The notes beneath the pieces are model-generated. The model was not told the origin of the DNA. It saw only the letters and a program-made list of their open reading frames with translations, and made no database searches. This document shows positions 24,676 to 38,995 of a stretch of DNA of 64,000 nt, in pieces. Every line of letters starts with the position of its first letter. Position 1 is the stretch's first letter. Source of the DNA: Gnetum montanum (lineage: Eukaryota > Plantae > Gnetophyta); contig MNCI01000310.1 of NCBI GenBank assembly GCA_015680685.1, positions 1 through 64,000 of the forward strand, in the 5' to 3' direction. Made by a program: the position numbers and the translations under genes.

Positions 24676-25619
24676 GGTTGGGGTCAGGAATCCTGATTGA
24701 CCACCAAAATGACACGATAGACGTTTCTCGCATCCTTGGTGCCACTTACATCCTTGCATTGGAGAAAGAGCAGTAGGCAACACCCCAGGGATGCGAATAG
24801 CATCGATGTCTGGACAAGGGGGGCCAACCACCCTCTGAACAACAACCCTACTACGCAACCATAGGTGGGTAGGATGGGAACTTGCAAAGCACCAGCACTA
24901 TAGTTGTTTGGTGCAATGCCCCTGACTAGCCTGCATTTTCCCGAAGTAATGATGTACCCTACAACACCAAGGCTGAGGGCAGCTATTCACCTAGAACATG
25001 TGTGATGGGAAAAGAGAACTACACCCAACCATTGCATCTTATCCCCTCCCTTCCACACGCCCCTCTCTTCATGAAACAGGATGGCCAAGGAATAAAAGAG
25101 AGGCTCTCGTATATCCCCCTCATGTCTAGCCTTGTATTTTTAAAGCTATGTTTGTGACACAATCACCAACCATGAACTTAGAGCTTGAGAACCACCATGA
25201 TTTCCTCATCAAGGCATAGACACTTCGTTCATAGATTATCAGTTCCAAAACAAGCATCTCCCCACCTATCCTTGATAGATGACGGTGACCATGTTCGATG
25301 CATCCTCCATCAAGAGGGAACGTAAGCCCCCTCCTTTGAATGCTCTAGATTGATCCCCTTTTTATTTCTCCCCCAAAATCTACTTGGGTGATGGCATGCC
25401 CTTCAGGCCATTGATCTGTCAATTGTGCGAGGGATAATTTGGACGCAACGACTCGTGCCCCTACCAAGCACATGCTCTCCCCATGAGCATTGCAATAAGT
25501 CCCATCCTAGCATAGAATCATTTTCATGGATGCCCTACATGAGGTCCCGCAAGCATTCTTCATCACTTCGATGGAAATGCAAGATGGTAACCACCATGAG
25601 AAAAACCCATGTGTGCATG
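24676..25619 (-). other. ITS1 (~945 bp)
   Basis: Lies between the 5.8S and the 18S 3' end. Confidence 0.85.
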
Positions 25620-28600
25620 AATGATCCTACCACATGTTCACCTATGGTAACCTTGTTACAACTTCTCCTTCCTCTGAATGATAAGGTTCAATGAGATTCT
25701 CACGATGTCGATGATGGCAAAACCATCATCATTATTGTAATATGAACATTTCATCAGATCATTTAATTGGTAGGAGTGATGGGTGATGTGTACAAAGGGT
25801 AGGAATGTAGTTAATGCAAGCTAATGACTCATGCTTACTAGGAATTCCTCGTTCAAGACGAATAATTGCAAAGATCTATCCCCATCATGATGAATTTTTA
25901 CAAGATTTCATAATCCTCCCAGACTAGGGAAAGAAGCTTGTTGAATGCATCAATGTAGTGCATGTGTAGCCCAAAACATCTAAGGGCATCATAGACCTGT
26001 TATCGCCTCAAACTTCCATGGCTTGAGTGGCCATAGTCCCTCTAAGAAGCTATTCACGAAGGGCATACCACCACATAGCTAGTTAGCAGGGTTAGGTCTC
26101 GTTTGTTAATGGAATTAACTAGAAAAATCACTCCACCAACTAAGAACGACCATGCATCACCACCCACTACCCATAGAATTAAGAAAAAGCTTTCAATCTA
26201 TCAATCCTTACTATGTTTGGACCTAGTAAGTTTTCCCGTGTTGAGTCAAATTAAGCTGCAAGCTCCACTCATGGTGGTGCCCTTCCACCAATTTCTTTAA
26301 GTTTCAGCCTTACAACCATACTCCCCCCAAAACCCAAACACTCTAATTTCTCAAAAAGTGTTGGTAGAGTCCTAAAAGCAACATCCACCAATCCCTGGTT
26401 GGCATCATTTATGGTTGAGATTAGGACAACATCTAATCATCTTCGAGCCCCCTACTTGCATTCTTGATTAATGAAAACATCCTTGGAAAATGCTTTTGCA
26501 CTAGTTCATATTTCATAAATCCAAGAATTTCACCTCTGATAATGAAATACAAATGCCCCCGACAGTCCTTATTAATCATTACTTCGATCCCAAAGGCCAA
26601 CACAATAGGATCAAAATCCTATCACATTATTCCATGCTAATGTATTCAGAACATAGGCTTTCTTTGAGCACTCTAGTTTTCTCAAAGTAACAACATCAGA
26701 GCCATAGCCCAACCAATTAAGGCTAGGACCACATTGCTGATAAAAGGAATGGAGCTGTCAATGCACATCAAATCGATGGACCAATCACCCCATCCAAAGA
26801 TCCAACTACAAGCTTTTTAACTACAACAACTTAAATATATGCTATTGGAGCTAGAATTACCATAGCTGCTAGCACTAGACTTGCCCTCCAATGGATCCTC
26901 TTTAAGGGGTTTAAATTGTACTCATTCTAATTACCAGACTCGATGAGCCCGGTATTGTTATTTATTGTCACTACCTCCAAATATTAGGATTAGGTAATTT
27001 TTGCACCTGCTACCTTCCTTGGATGTGGTAGTTGTTTCTTAGGCTCCCTCTATGGAATCAAACCATAATTCCCCATCACCCATCACAAGGATGGTAAGTG
27101 TCACTAGGTGATTTGCAGTGGAAATCTTTTTCACGAAGTGATAGCGCTAAGTGCTCGACATAGCCAGCTACTTGCAATGATGTGCAGTAATGCTCAAGAA
27201 TAGGGAAACATGCTTATAGGAAAAACTCCCAACCTTTACTTAGAAAGGTATAGTACAACAACATATATAGGCACAGACATTCCCAACCTTGGTAGTATGC
27301 TCTTGTAACTAGCGCTACCTCATCCTAGTAGCTCTAGAGGTGCTATAACACCTCAAGCTTTTAGATGCAAGCATTTCTAGTCTTGCTATCATGCTCCCAT
27401 AACTAGCACTACACCCTGTAGCTCTAGAGGTGCTCCAACACGTCGAGTTTATAAACATGGGCATTCCCGATCTGGCCAGTATGCTCCCTTAATTGGCACT
27501 ACATCGTGCAGCTTACAACAATTATTCTAGAGGTGCCCCTATAGCTCTGATAGGCATAGGCATTCCTAACCTTTCCAATACTTTAGTAACTGGCACGCTA
27601 CATCCCATAGCTCTAGAGGTGCTCCAACACCTCATGTTTATGGGCATGGAAAATCCCATCCCTACTAGTACATTGTCGTAACTGGAGCACTACATCACAT
27701 AGCTCTAGAGGTGATCCAACACCTCATGTTTGTGGATGCGAGCAATCCTGACCCTACCAGTATGCTCCCATAACTGGCATGCTACATCCTATAGCTTAGT
27801 GTCGTCCATGATCACTCTTTAGGTGCACCAACACCTCTTGTATTTAGGCACAAGTATTCCTAGCCTTTCCAATACACTCTTATGACTGGCACTACCTCCT
27901 GTAGCTAAATAGCAACTCTAAAGGTGCTTCAACACCTCTGGTGTTTATAGGTGCGAGCATTCTTGACCTTGCTAGTATGCTCTTGTAATTGGCATTACAT
28001 CATGTCAATCATCCCCGTGGTGCTCTCCTTCCTTAGTAGCTCCAGAGGTGCCCCAACACCTCTTGGATGGACATGAGCCTTCCTAGCCCTACCAATATGC
28101 TCTCGTAACTAGCGTTACATGATGTCAATTGCCCCTATGGCACTCTACCTCTATGGCTATTTTTCCCTCTATAGGCTCTCTCTCTAGAGGTGCACCAACA
28201 CCTCTTAGGTTTATAGGCACAAGAGTACTCAGCCTTGCTAGTACACTCTTGTGACTGGCATTGTAAACCTGTTACTCACATGTCCAACATGGAGTAAGAA
28301 CGTAATCCATTTCTAGTTCTATCTTCCATTTTCTTCACCCCACTTGGTGATAGCAGAGATGCATGCACTACATATGGACGAACCCAGCTGTAGCTCCCCT
28401 TGCATGCATCCCACCTAGCTTTATGTAGCGGCAACAAATGTGCATGTGCTACATTTGGATGACTCTAGTTGTAGCCACCTCGCATGTGTTTTACCTAACT
28501 CCATCTATTTGGGTAACTCCAGCTACCCAACATGCTTCCTACATGCTCCATCCAATTTAGGTTACTGAGTGCACTCATGCAGTCCACATTCATTTGCAAC

Positions 28601-29043
28601 CCAACAGATGTCTTTCCACATCCTAGGTGTGGACTAATCATAGCTTGTGCACACCTACACTTGAGCCTTGGCATCGGAAGCTCAAATGGTTATGATAGTA
28701 GGCCTCTATACTACCATCGAAAGTTGATAGGATAGTAATTTAAATGAAGCATCATCGACACAAGGGCCATGCGATCCATCTAGTTACCATGATTCACTGA
28801 GAAAATAAGCAAGCTCGCATTAGCCTTTTATCTAATAAATGCATCCCTTTCGAGACTCGGGATTTTCTACACATATTAGCTCTAGGATTACTATGGTTAT
28901 CCAAGTAGTAAGTTACCATCAAAGAAACTATAACTAATTTAATGATCCATCCGTAGTTTCACCGTTTGAAGTAATTCATACTCATACATGCATGGCTTAA
29001 TCTTTGAGACAAGCATATGACTACTAGTAGGATCAACCAGGTA
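25620..29043 (-). rRNA. 18S rRNA pseudogene interrupted by a solo LTR
   Basis: Antisense 3' end atgatcct..ccttgttacaactt and 5' end gacaagcatatgactact..gatcaaccaggta; ~1.82 kb after removing the insertion. Confidence 0.96.
27099..28697. mobile_element. Solo LTR inserted in 18S
   Basis: Termini TGTCAC...ATGATA (decayed GTGACA); 5-bp TSD GTAAG/GTAGG; no coding capacity; internal ~90-120 bp repeats. Confidence 0.8.
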
Positions 29044-29769
29044 ACACTGTGGGCACCCATCTAGTGGGCACCATCATCCTTCCTTATACAAAAGGCATGA
29101 ATGATCCTCCATGCACTGATTTTTCATAGCATCTTTCATGGGAACCATTCAATGGTTTGCACAATCATATGCCCAGGAAACGCGACATTGCAACAAGTGA
29201 CAAACATATCCTTGCTCATGATCATGGATGTGCGAGTGCTAAGGGCATCACACAAGCATATAGCTTACTACCTGCACCATCCAGCATTCACACAAATGCC
29301 AGACATCGAGGTATGCCTATGGGTTTCGACATTCCCCAATAGGATAACTGGACCCAAGAGCACTTCCTCAAAAATGCTTCTCTATGAGAACAAAGTTCCA
29401 TGGAGGAAGAAACACATGCTACACCAACAAAGGCCACCTTGGGGCATCCATTGAAGAATGAACCATGCAAACATGCATGAGGGACAAGAGAACTTGAGTC
29501 CCCTCTTGGTTCCTTGGCACGTGCACATGAACTCGCATCTACCACCCAAACACTATTGAGAAATTGGATACATGATTAGGAAAAGGAAACATGCACCTGA
29601 CACTACCATATGGGGGCATTAGAATGCTTTGCTACTTCAACCACACCAAATTGATGTAGTTGTTCGCACATGCTCAACCGCTATCACATCCTACAAAAAA
29701 AGAGATGCATCCCAACAACACAAAACCAACTATAAATCAACATTGAAGGCATTCTTCGCATCACAACAT

Positions 29770-30740
29770 AAGCCATGTGTCATCAAAAGGTACATGCAAC
29801 CATCATCAACATTATGAATGCAAAACAAAAATTAGCAGTGGGCACCCATTCAAAATCGCATTTTCATCGAGGGTCAAAATGTTTCCATCCTTGTTATCCA
29901 ACCATCAAGGTGAGAGATGTGTCCCAACAATGCAACCACTGTAAAAAATGCTCAAAACATGGTTCCAATATCATCTCAATGCAACAAAATAGAACATGTG
30001 TCATACCAAGGAACATGCAACTATCATCACATTATGAATGCCAAATGTAGATCAGTTGAAAGCACCACTTTGGAATCCCATTCTCCTCAAGGACGACGAC
30101 ATTTCCATCCTCTCTCTATTCAAGCATATCAGGGTGAGGGATGCTTCCCAGAAATGCAACCACTCTAAACTAGTGCTTAGAACGTGGTTCAAATCTCATC
30201 TCAACGCAACAAGACGAAACATGTGTCATACCTAGGAACATGCAACTATCATCTCATTATGAATGACAAACAGAGATCGGCCATAGGGACCTCTCTTTGA
30301 AATCATATTCTCCTCGAGGGCAAGGACATTTCCATCCTTTCTCTATTCAAGCATTAGGGTGAGGGATGCATCCTAGCAATGCAACAACTCTGAACCAATT
30401 CTTAGAATGTGGTTCAAATCTCATATGAACACAATAGAGGGAACACATGTTGTCCCAAGGAACATGCAACTATCATCACATTATGAATGCCAAATGAAGA
30501 TGAACTGTAGACAACAATTCGAAATTTCATTCTCATCAAGGGCGAGAACATTTTGGTCCTCTCTCTATCCAACCATCAGGATGGGGATGCATCCCAGCAA
30601 TGCAACCACTGTGAACCATCACTCAAAATGTGGTTCAAATCTTCATCTCATCTCAATGAAACAATAGAAAACATGTTCCATCTCAGGGAACATGACACTA
30701 TTGTCACATTATGAATGACAAATGAAGATTGGACATAGGG
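29770..30740. repeat. ~225-bp ETS subrepeats (~4.5 copies)
   Basis: catgtgtcat..ggaacatgcaactatcatcacattatgaatg recurs at ~29775, 29995, 30220, 30445, 30670. Confidence 0.88.
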
Positions 30741-30744
30741 ACAA

Positions 30745-33700
30745 CATAAGTCCTTGAATCCAGAAAAGGTTATTTTCGAGATGGTATGATCAAGAAATGG
30801 TCAACTAAATATTGGAACCCAAAATCCACAATGAACAGCGAGGCACCTGCAAGTGCATGGAGAACAAGAGAGACTACATCAACTTCATTTCTTGGCTCAT
30901 GCAAGTGAACTTGCCACTACCACCCATGCACTACTAAGAAATTGAGTCAATGATAAGGGAGAGAAAACATGAAATAGAAACTACCCTATGGAGGTGTCGA
31001 GATGCTCTACTACCTCAACCACACCAAATCAATGCAACCATTTGCACAAAATCAACCAATATCATTTTTAGAGGGGATCTTTCAATCCTATAGAGCCATC
31101 AGTGGCGGCTCTGATCTTGCAACATTCACAACAATCACATCCAAGCATAAAGAAACAAGCCTCTTAGGATGCAAGCTTCTAGATACCCAAATTTTCCATT
31201 AAGTGACTGCACAACTAAAAACTCCTTTATGAAACCTAGAGATAGAGCGTCGTGTAGCCAAAACAAGGGATTTTCAAGACATGAGCCTCAAACATCTGTC
31301 CAACTATTGTTAACCCTTGGAGAACTTACTGTTGAGTTTGAGCATGCACTCAAACTCAACAAGTTACTCCAAGGGAAGGCATAACATAAGTCCTTGAATC
31401 CCACAAAAGCTTATTTTTGAGATGGTATGACCACAAAACGGTCACCCAAAGATCAAAATCCAGGATCCACAATGAATAGCAAGGCACCCACAAGTTCATG
31501 GAGAACAAGAGAGTGTACATGCTCTTCATTCCTTAGCACATCCAATTGAACTCGCCACTACCACCCATGCACTACTAAGCGATCAAATCGGTGATAAGGT
31601 AGAGAGAGCATGCACCTGACACTACCCTATGGGAATTTTAGATGCTCTGCTACCTCAACCATACCAAATTAATGCAACCATTCACACAAAATCATACGAT
31701 ATCCATTTTCAAAGGGGATCTTTCAATCCCGTAGAGCCATCAATGATGGATTCAAAATTGCAACATCTAGAATAATCACATCCAAAGGAGATCTTTCAAT
31801 CCCATAGAGCCATTAGTGGTGGCTCTAGTCTTGTAACATCTAGAAGACAATCACACCTGAGGATTAAGGAAAATAGGCCTCACACCTAAATTCAGGTTTA
31901 AGTGACCACACAACTGAAAACTCCTTCATGAGACCTAGAGACATGCTATTGCATAGCCAAAACAAGGGATTTTCGAGACATGAGCCTCAAACATGTGTCC
32001 AACTACTCCTAACCCTTGGAGAACTTACTGCCAAACATGAGCATGCTCTTAAACTTGATAAGTTACTCCAAATGAAGGCACAATGTAAGTCTTTGAATTC
32101 AAAAAAGCTTATTTTTGAGATGGTACGACCACGAAATGGTCACCTAAATGATAAAATCCTTGATGTGCAATGAATAGTGAGGCACTTGCAATTGCATGGA
32201 GAATAAGAGAGACTAAGTCCTCTTCATTTCTCAGCTCATGCAAGTGAACTCACCACTACCATCCATGTGCTACTAAGCTATCAAATTGGTGATAAGGTAG
32301 AGAGAGCATGCACCTAACACTACCTGTGGGGCCATTGAGATGCTCTGCTACCTTAACCACACCAAATCAATGCAACCGTTCATATGAAATCAACTGATAT
32401 CATTTTCAAAGGGGATCTTTCAACTTGGTAATGCCATTAGTTGTGGCTCCAATCTCGCAATAGTCACACCCAAGCATAAAGAAATAAGCCTCCCAAGATG
32501 AAGGCTTCCAAATACCCAAATTCATCATTAAGTAACTGCACAATCAAAAAATCCTTCATGAAACCCAGAGATAGAGAGTCACGCACACAAAAAAAGGAAT
32601 GTTTGAAACATGAAACTCAACCATCCATCTAACTACTCCTAACTCTTGGAGAAATTATAGATGAGGATGAGCATGCACTCAAACTCAACAAGTTACTCCA
32701 AGGGAAGGTACAACATAAGTCTTTGAATCCACAAAAGATTATTTTTGAGATGGTATGACCACAGAACAATCACCCGCATATCAGAACCCCTGATCTACAT
32801 TGAGCAGTGAGGCACTTGCAAGTGCATGAAGAACAAGAGAGCATACACCCTCTTCATTCCCAAAAACATACAAGTAAACTCACAACTACCACCCATGCAC
32901 TACTAAGTGATCGAATTGGTGATGATGTAGAGAGAGCATGCACCAAATGATACCTTGTGGGGGCTTCGAGATGCTCTTCTACCTCACCCACACCAAATCA
33001 ATGCAACCATTTGCATGAAATCACATGATATCATTTTCAGATGGGATCTCTCAATCCCATAGAGTCATTAGTGGTGGCTCAAATATCACAACATCCTGAA
33101 CAATCACACCAAAGGATAAAGAAATAAGCCTCATAAGATGCAGGCTTCTACATAACTAAATTTAGCATTAAGTGGCCGCACAACTAAAAAAAACCTTCAT
33201 GAAAGCCAGGGACAAGAGTGTCACGTAATCAAAATAGTATATTTTCTTGGCATGAGCCTAAAACATTCGTATGACTACTCTTAACCCTTGGAGAACTTAC
33301 TGCCAAGGTTGAGCATCCATGAAAACTCAACAAGTTACTCCAAGGAAAGGCATAATGTAAGTCCTTGAATCCCATGAAAGCTTATTTTTGAGGTGGAACA
33401 TCCACGAAATGATCACATGAATATCAGAAGCCATGATCCGCAATGAACAGCGAGATACCCATAAGTGCATGGAGAACAAGAGAGACTATGTCCTCTTCAT
33501 TCCTCAGCTCATGCAAGTGAACTCACCACTACCATCCATGTGCTACTAAGTGATCGAATCGGTGAAAAGGAAAAGAGAGCATGCACCTGATGCTACCCTG
33601 TGGAGGTGTCAAGATGCTCTGCTACCTCAACCACATCAAATCAATGCAACCATTCACACAAAATTATATGATATCATTTTCAGAAGGGATCTTTCAATCC

Positions 33701-35620
33701 TATAGAGCCATCAGCAGTGGCTCCAATCTCAAAACATCTAGAACAATCACCCCTAGAGATAAAGAAATAAGCCTCATAAGATGTAGGCTTCCACATACTC
33801 AAATTCGGTGTTAAATGAATGTGCAACTGAAAACTCCATCGTGAGACCAAGAGACAGAGTGTCATGTAGCCAAAACAAGGGATTTTCAAGACATGAGACT
33901 CAAACATCCATCTTACTACTCCTAACCCTTGGAGAAATTACTTCCAAGGATGATCATGCTCTCAAACTCAACCAGTTACTCCAAAGGAAGGCACAACGTA
34001 AGTCTTTAGCTTATTTTTGAGATGATATGACCACAAAACATTCACTCAAATATCGCAACCCAAGATTACCAAAGAACAACGAGGCACTTGCAAGTGCATG
34101 GAGAATAAGAGAGACTACATTCTCTTCATTCCTCAGCTCATGCAAGTGAAATTGCCACTACCATCCATGTGCTACTAAGAGATCGAATTGATGATAAGGC
34201 AAAGAGATCAGGCACCTGACGCTACCCCATGGGGATGTTGAGATGCTCTTCTACCTCAATCGCACCAAATCAATGCAACCATTCACACGAAATTAACCGA
34301 TGTCATTCTCACAGAGGATGTCTCAATCCTGTAGTGCCACCAATAGTGGCTTCAATCTTGCAACATCTGCAAAAATCACACCCAAGGATAAGGAAATAGG
34401 CCTCATAGGATGTAAGCTTCCAAATACCTAAATTTAGCATTAAGTGATCACACAATTGAAAAATCCTTTGTGAAACCTAGAGACAGAGTGTCGAGTACCC
34501 AAAACAATGAATTTTTGAGACATGAGCTTGAAACATCCCTCCAATTGCTCCTAACCCTTGAAGAACTTACTGCTAAGCATGAGCATGCTCTCAAACTCGA
34601 CAAGTTACTCCAAAGGAAGGCACAACATAAGTCTTTGAATCCATGAAAGCTTATTTTTAAGATGGTACAACTATAAAATAGTTACCTGAATAATAGAATA
34701 CACAATTTGCAATGAATAGCAAGGCACTTGCAAGTGCATGGAGAACAAGAGAGACTACATCCTCTTCATTTCTCAACTCATGCAAGTGAACTCACCACTA
34801 CCATCCATGCACTACTAAGAAATTGAATTGGTGATAAGGCTGAGAGAGCATGCACCTGACGCTACCCCGCGAGGGTATCAATATGCTCTACTACCTCAAC
34901 TGCACCAAATCAATGCAACCATTCGCACAAAATCAACCAATATCATTTTCAAAGGGGATCTTTTAATCCCACAGTGCTATCAATGATGGCTCCAATCTCA
35001 CAACATCCAGAATAGTCACACCCAAGGATAAAAAATAGGCCCCATAGTATCTAAGCTTCTAGATACCCAAATTCAGCATTAAGTGATTGCACAATTGAAA
35101 ACAGCTTCGGGAAACCTAGAGACAAAGTGTTTCATAGCCAAAATAATGGATTTTCAAGACATGAACTTGAAACATTCATCCAACTTCTCCCAACCCTTGG
35201 AGAACTTACAGCTAGGATGAGCATGTGCTCAAACTCAATAAGTTACTCCAAGGGAAGGCACAACATGAGTCTTTGAATCCACAAAAGCTTATTTTCAAGA
35301 TGGTACAACCACAAAATGCTCACTGGAATATCATAATCCATAGTTTGCAATGAACAGCGAGGCACCCACAAGTGCATAGAGAACAAGAGAGCGTACACCC
35401 TCTTTGTTCCTTAGCATGTCCAAGTGAACTCGCAACTACCACCCATGCACTACTAAGTGATTGAATTTGTGATAAGGTAGAGAGAGCATGCACTTGACAC
35501 TACCCCGTGGGGGGCATTGAGATGCTCTGCTACCTTAACTACACCAAATCAATGTAACCGTTTGCATGAAATCATTTGATATCATTTTTCAAGAGGATCT
35601 TTCAATCTCTTAGAGCCATA
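30745..35620. repeat. ~640-bp ETS subrepeats (~7.5 copies)
   Basis: aagtcYttgaatcc..ttatttttgagatggta recurs at ~30749, 31389, 32088, 32717, 33360, 34000, 34630, 35268. Confidence 0.92.
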
Positions 35621-35964
35621 AATATTGATGCCCCATCTGCTTGATGTGTCCATCTTGCAAATGGGCTCATAAAATATCTAAGAGAACATTTAGGACAAAC
35701 ATAGCACAAGCTAGCCAAACTTTCTTCAATGGGATCCCCCTAGGATTCCTAGGCAACCAACCCCATGGAACATGCCTGCAACGTAGCAAGCCTTTTATCT
35801 CAAATTCTAAATGAGGATACCAACTTCTCCATGGTTATCCTTCTTAACAACATGACTTGTGAGTCACGGACATGAACAAAAAGGCCACAATATCATGGGC
35901 ATTGCAAGGCATCCCTAGTGGAGAAACCCACATATCCTTCTATCACTATAATCGATCATCAACT

Positions 35965-36040
35965 CTACCTCCCCTTATATATGTTAAATGGGCCAGTTTC
36001 AACCATATCATCCTACATCCTTATAAATTTGGTCATGAAG
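35965..36040 (-). promoter_or_regulatory. RNA polymerase I promoter / transcription initiation site
   Basis: Minus strand CATATATAAGGGGAGGTAG matches the plant TATATAGGGG TIS consensus, in the right orientation and at the IGS-satellite/ETS boundary. Confidence 0.8.
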
Positions 36041-36044
36041 GACT

Positions 36045-38185
36045 AGCTCAAGGAGAGCACTCTCAGGGAGAATGCTCTCACATGCATCTCACAAGGCACT
36101 CTCAGGGAGGGTGCTCTCAAAGAGAACACTCTCTGAAGGGCCACTCTAATGGAGGGCGATCTCAGGGAGGGCACTCTTATGGAGAACATTCTTAAGGTGG
36201 ACACTCTCAAGGAGGGTGTCCTTATGGAGACCACTCTTAGGGAGGGCATTCTCAAGGAGGGCACTCTTAGGAAGGGTGCTCTCAATAAGGATGCTCACGA
36301 GGAGAACACTCACATGAGGGTGTAAGATGCTCTCATGGAGGCTGCTCTCAAGCAGAACACTCTCATGGAGGCTACCCTAATGAAGGTCACTCTCAGGGAG
36401 AATGCTCTCAAGGAGGGTGCTCTCAAATAGGGCACTCTTTGATAGAATTCGCTCAATGAGGATGCTCTAGGGAGAATGATCATGGTGATGGCCCTCTCAA
36501 GGAAAACACTCTTTAGAAGGGTACTCTAATGGAGGGTGCTCTCAAGGAGAATGCTCTTGGGGATGGCATCCCTACCAAGACCAATCTCAAGGAGGGAATT
36601 CTAATGGAGGAAACTCTCTAAGAGAATTCTCTCAACAAGGGTGATCTCGAGGAGAACACTCTCACATGTGCAATGCAAGGTGCTCTCAAGGAGAATGCTC
36701 TAAGGGAGGTTGCTCTAAGGGAGAGCACTCTCTGAGAGGGTTTCCTTCTAAAGGGAGCTCTCAGCATGGGTTCTCTTGAGGAGAATACTCTCACGTGCAT
36801 AGCACAAGGGGCTCTTGAGAAAGATGCTCTCTAGGATAATTCTCTCTAAAATGTTTCTCTAACGGAGGAGGCTCTCAGGGAAGGCGATCTCATGAACAAC
36901 ATTCTTTAGGAGGATGCTCTCAAGGAGGTCATCCTTAGGAAGACTGCTCTCAAGGAGGGCACTCTGAAGGTGAACACTCTCACATGCATAATGCAAGATG
37001 CTCTTATGGACAACACTCTCATGAGGGCCACTCTCAAGGAGAATACTCTTGTGGATTCCACTCCAGCAAAGGCCACTCTTAGGGAGGGTGCTCTTAAGGA
37101 TGACACTCTTTTACAAAATGCTCTTAATGAGGGTGCTCTAGAGAGACTGCTCCCAATGATGGCCCTCTCAAAGAAAACACTCTTTGGAAGGGTGTTCTTT
37201 GGGAGGGGGTCCTCAAGGAGACTTCTCTTAGGGAGGGCATTCTCAAGGAGGGAACTCTTAGGAAGGGTGCTCTTTGAGTGAACACTCTCAAAGAGGGCGC
37301 TCTTGAGGAGAACACTATCACAGTTGTAGTGCAAGGCACTCTCAAGGAGAACTCTCTTTAAAAGGATGCTCTTAGGGAAGGCACTCTCATAGAGAATGTT
37401 CCTAAGGAGGACGCTCTCAAGGAGGGCATCCTCAAGGAGACTACTCTCAGGGAGGGTTTTCTTGTGGAGGGGACTCTTAGGAAGCGTGCTCTCTAAAAAA
37501 ATGCTTTCAATGAGGGCACTCTCAAGGTGAACAATCTCATGTGCATAATGCAAGGTGCTCTCATGGAGGCCACTGTCAAGGAGAATGCTCTCATAGAGGG
37601 TGCTCTAATGTAGGCTGCTCTTAGGGAGAATGCTCTCAAGGAGGGTGCTCCAGAGAGAATGCTCCTAGAGAGGGCCCTCTTGAAGGGAATGATCTTCGAA
37701 AGGTCACTCTAATAGAGGGCTCTCTCAAGAAGAGTGCTCTTGGGAAGGACAATATCATGTAGAACACTATTAAGAAGGAAACTCTCATGGAGGGCATCCA
37801 CAGTGAGACTAATCTCTAGGAAGGCATTGTAATGGAGGTAGCTCTCCAACAGAATAATTTCAGCAAGGGCACTCTTAAGGAGAAAACTCTCATGTGCATA
37901 ATGAAAAGTTCTCTTAGGGAGAACACTCTAAGGGAGGTCACTCTGAGGGAGAGTGCTCTCCAAGAGGGTGCCCTTCGAGAGGGAGCTCTCAATGAGGGTT
38001 CTCTTGAGGAGAACACTCATGTGCATAGTGTAAGGTGATCTCAAGGAGAATGCTCTCCAAGACACTACTCTAATAGAGGAAGCTCTCAAGGAGAATTCTA
38101 TCAAGGAGGGAGCTCTTAGGGAGGGTAATCTCATGGAGAATGTTCTTAAGGAGGACACTCTTGAGGAGGGTGTCCTCAAGGAGGG
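36045..38185. repeat. 15-bp-based satellite B (IGS subrepeats), segment 1
   Basis: AAGGAGAATGCTCTC / AAGGAGGGTGCTCTC units with periodic CACATGCATAATGCAAGG interruptions. Confidence 0.92.
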
Positions 38186-38995
38186 TGATGAATGGTGAGG
38201 TACCCCTACACTCAACCATACAAATATGAGCATTTCACGCATGGTCTAGTTGAACTCCAAGGACTAAGTGCTTATGTGCCTTAATGGAACACTTAAGGTT
38301 AATCAATCACTATCTTCCCAAACATACTTGTATTGACATAATTGTATGGTTAAGTAAGCTTGAGGTATATGATTTTTATAGCTTTTATCTTTTAATTTCT
38401 TATGCTAATAGGGGAAGGTGAAGAGAACTAAGTGACTAACTTACATTAACTATTCACTAACTAAGTTCTAATTTTTCCTAACACTAGTATCCATTCCCAC
38501 TTATCGTACACATCCTGAACTAGTGCAATGCTACTCAAATTACCATACACTAATTGTTACTAGGTTACCAAGTGCTACACACATGCTCAAAGTGGTCCTA
38601 CTGAGTGTACTTAACCAAGAGGATCAAGGGTTGAGAGCGATTAATTAACTAGAAAAGCATTAAAATATTCAACAATAATTAATTACTATTTAGCTTAACC
38701 TATATGTTGCAAGGTTTATCATAAGGTTCATCTTTATTATCGTACACAAATGTGTGCTCAGGTACAAATTTCTCAAATAAAGATTTGTGCACTTTGTGAA
38801 TTCTACTGCTGGTACGCAGGAATTATTCTAACTCTAGAATGGTAAAACTACAAGATTTTAGCTAAGGGTTTGAGACTAACTCCTAGAACTAAGGGTGCTA
38901 CCTCTTATTTATAGAAGATGAGGCAGAATGCGATATCGTGTGGCTGATGTGATATTGCACATGCAATATTGCATACACAATATCACTACTCATCA
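38186..38995 (-). repeat. 3' LTR of Athila-like element
   Basis: TGATG...CATCA termini; colinear with 44460-45246; preceded on minus strand by CAGTCATGGGGGTA. Confidence 0.93.

Larger units (their letters stand above)
29044..35976 (-). other. 5' external transcribed spacer (~6.9 kb)
   Basis: Lies between the TIS-like motif and the 18S 5' end. Confidence 0.7.

Noticed and set aside
27099-28697. Group I intron in 18S
   Set aside because: TG..CA-type inverted termini, 5-bp TSD and tandem repeats fit a solo LTR; no P/Q/R/S core seen
14155-29043. Functional rRNA genes, or protein ORFs within them
   Set aside because: Transitions in universally conserved positions and two large insertions; the ORFs are chance frames
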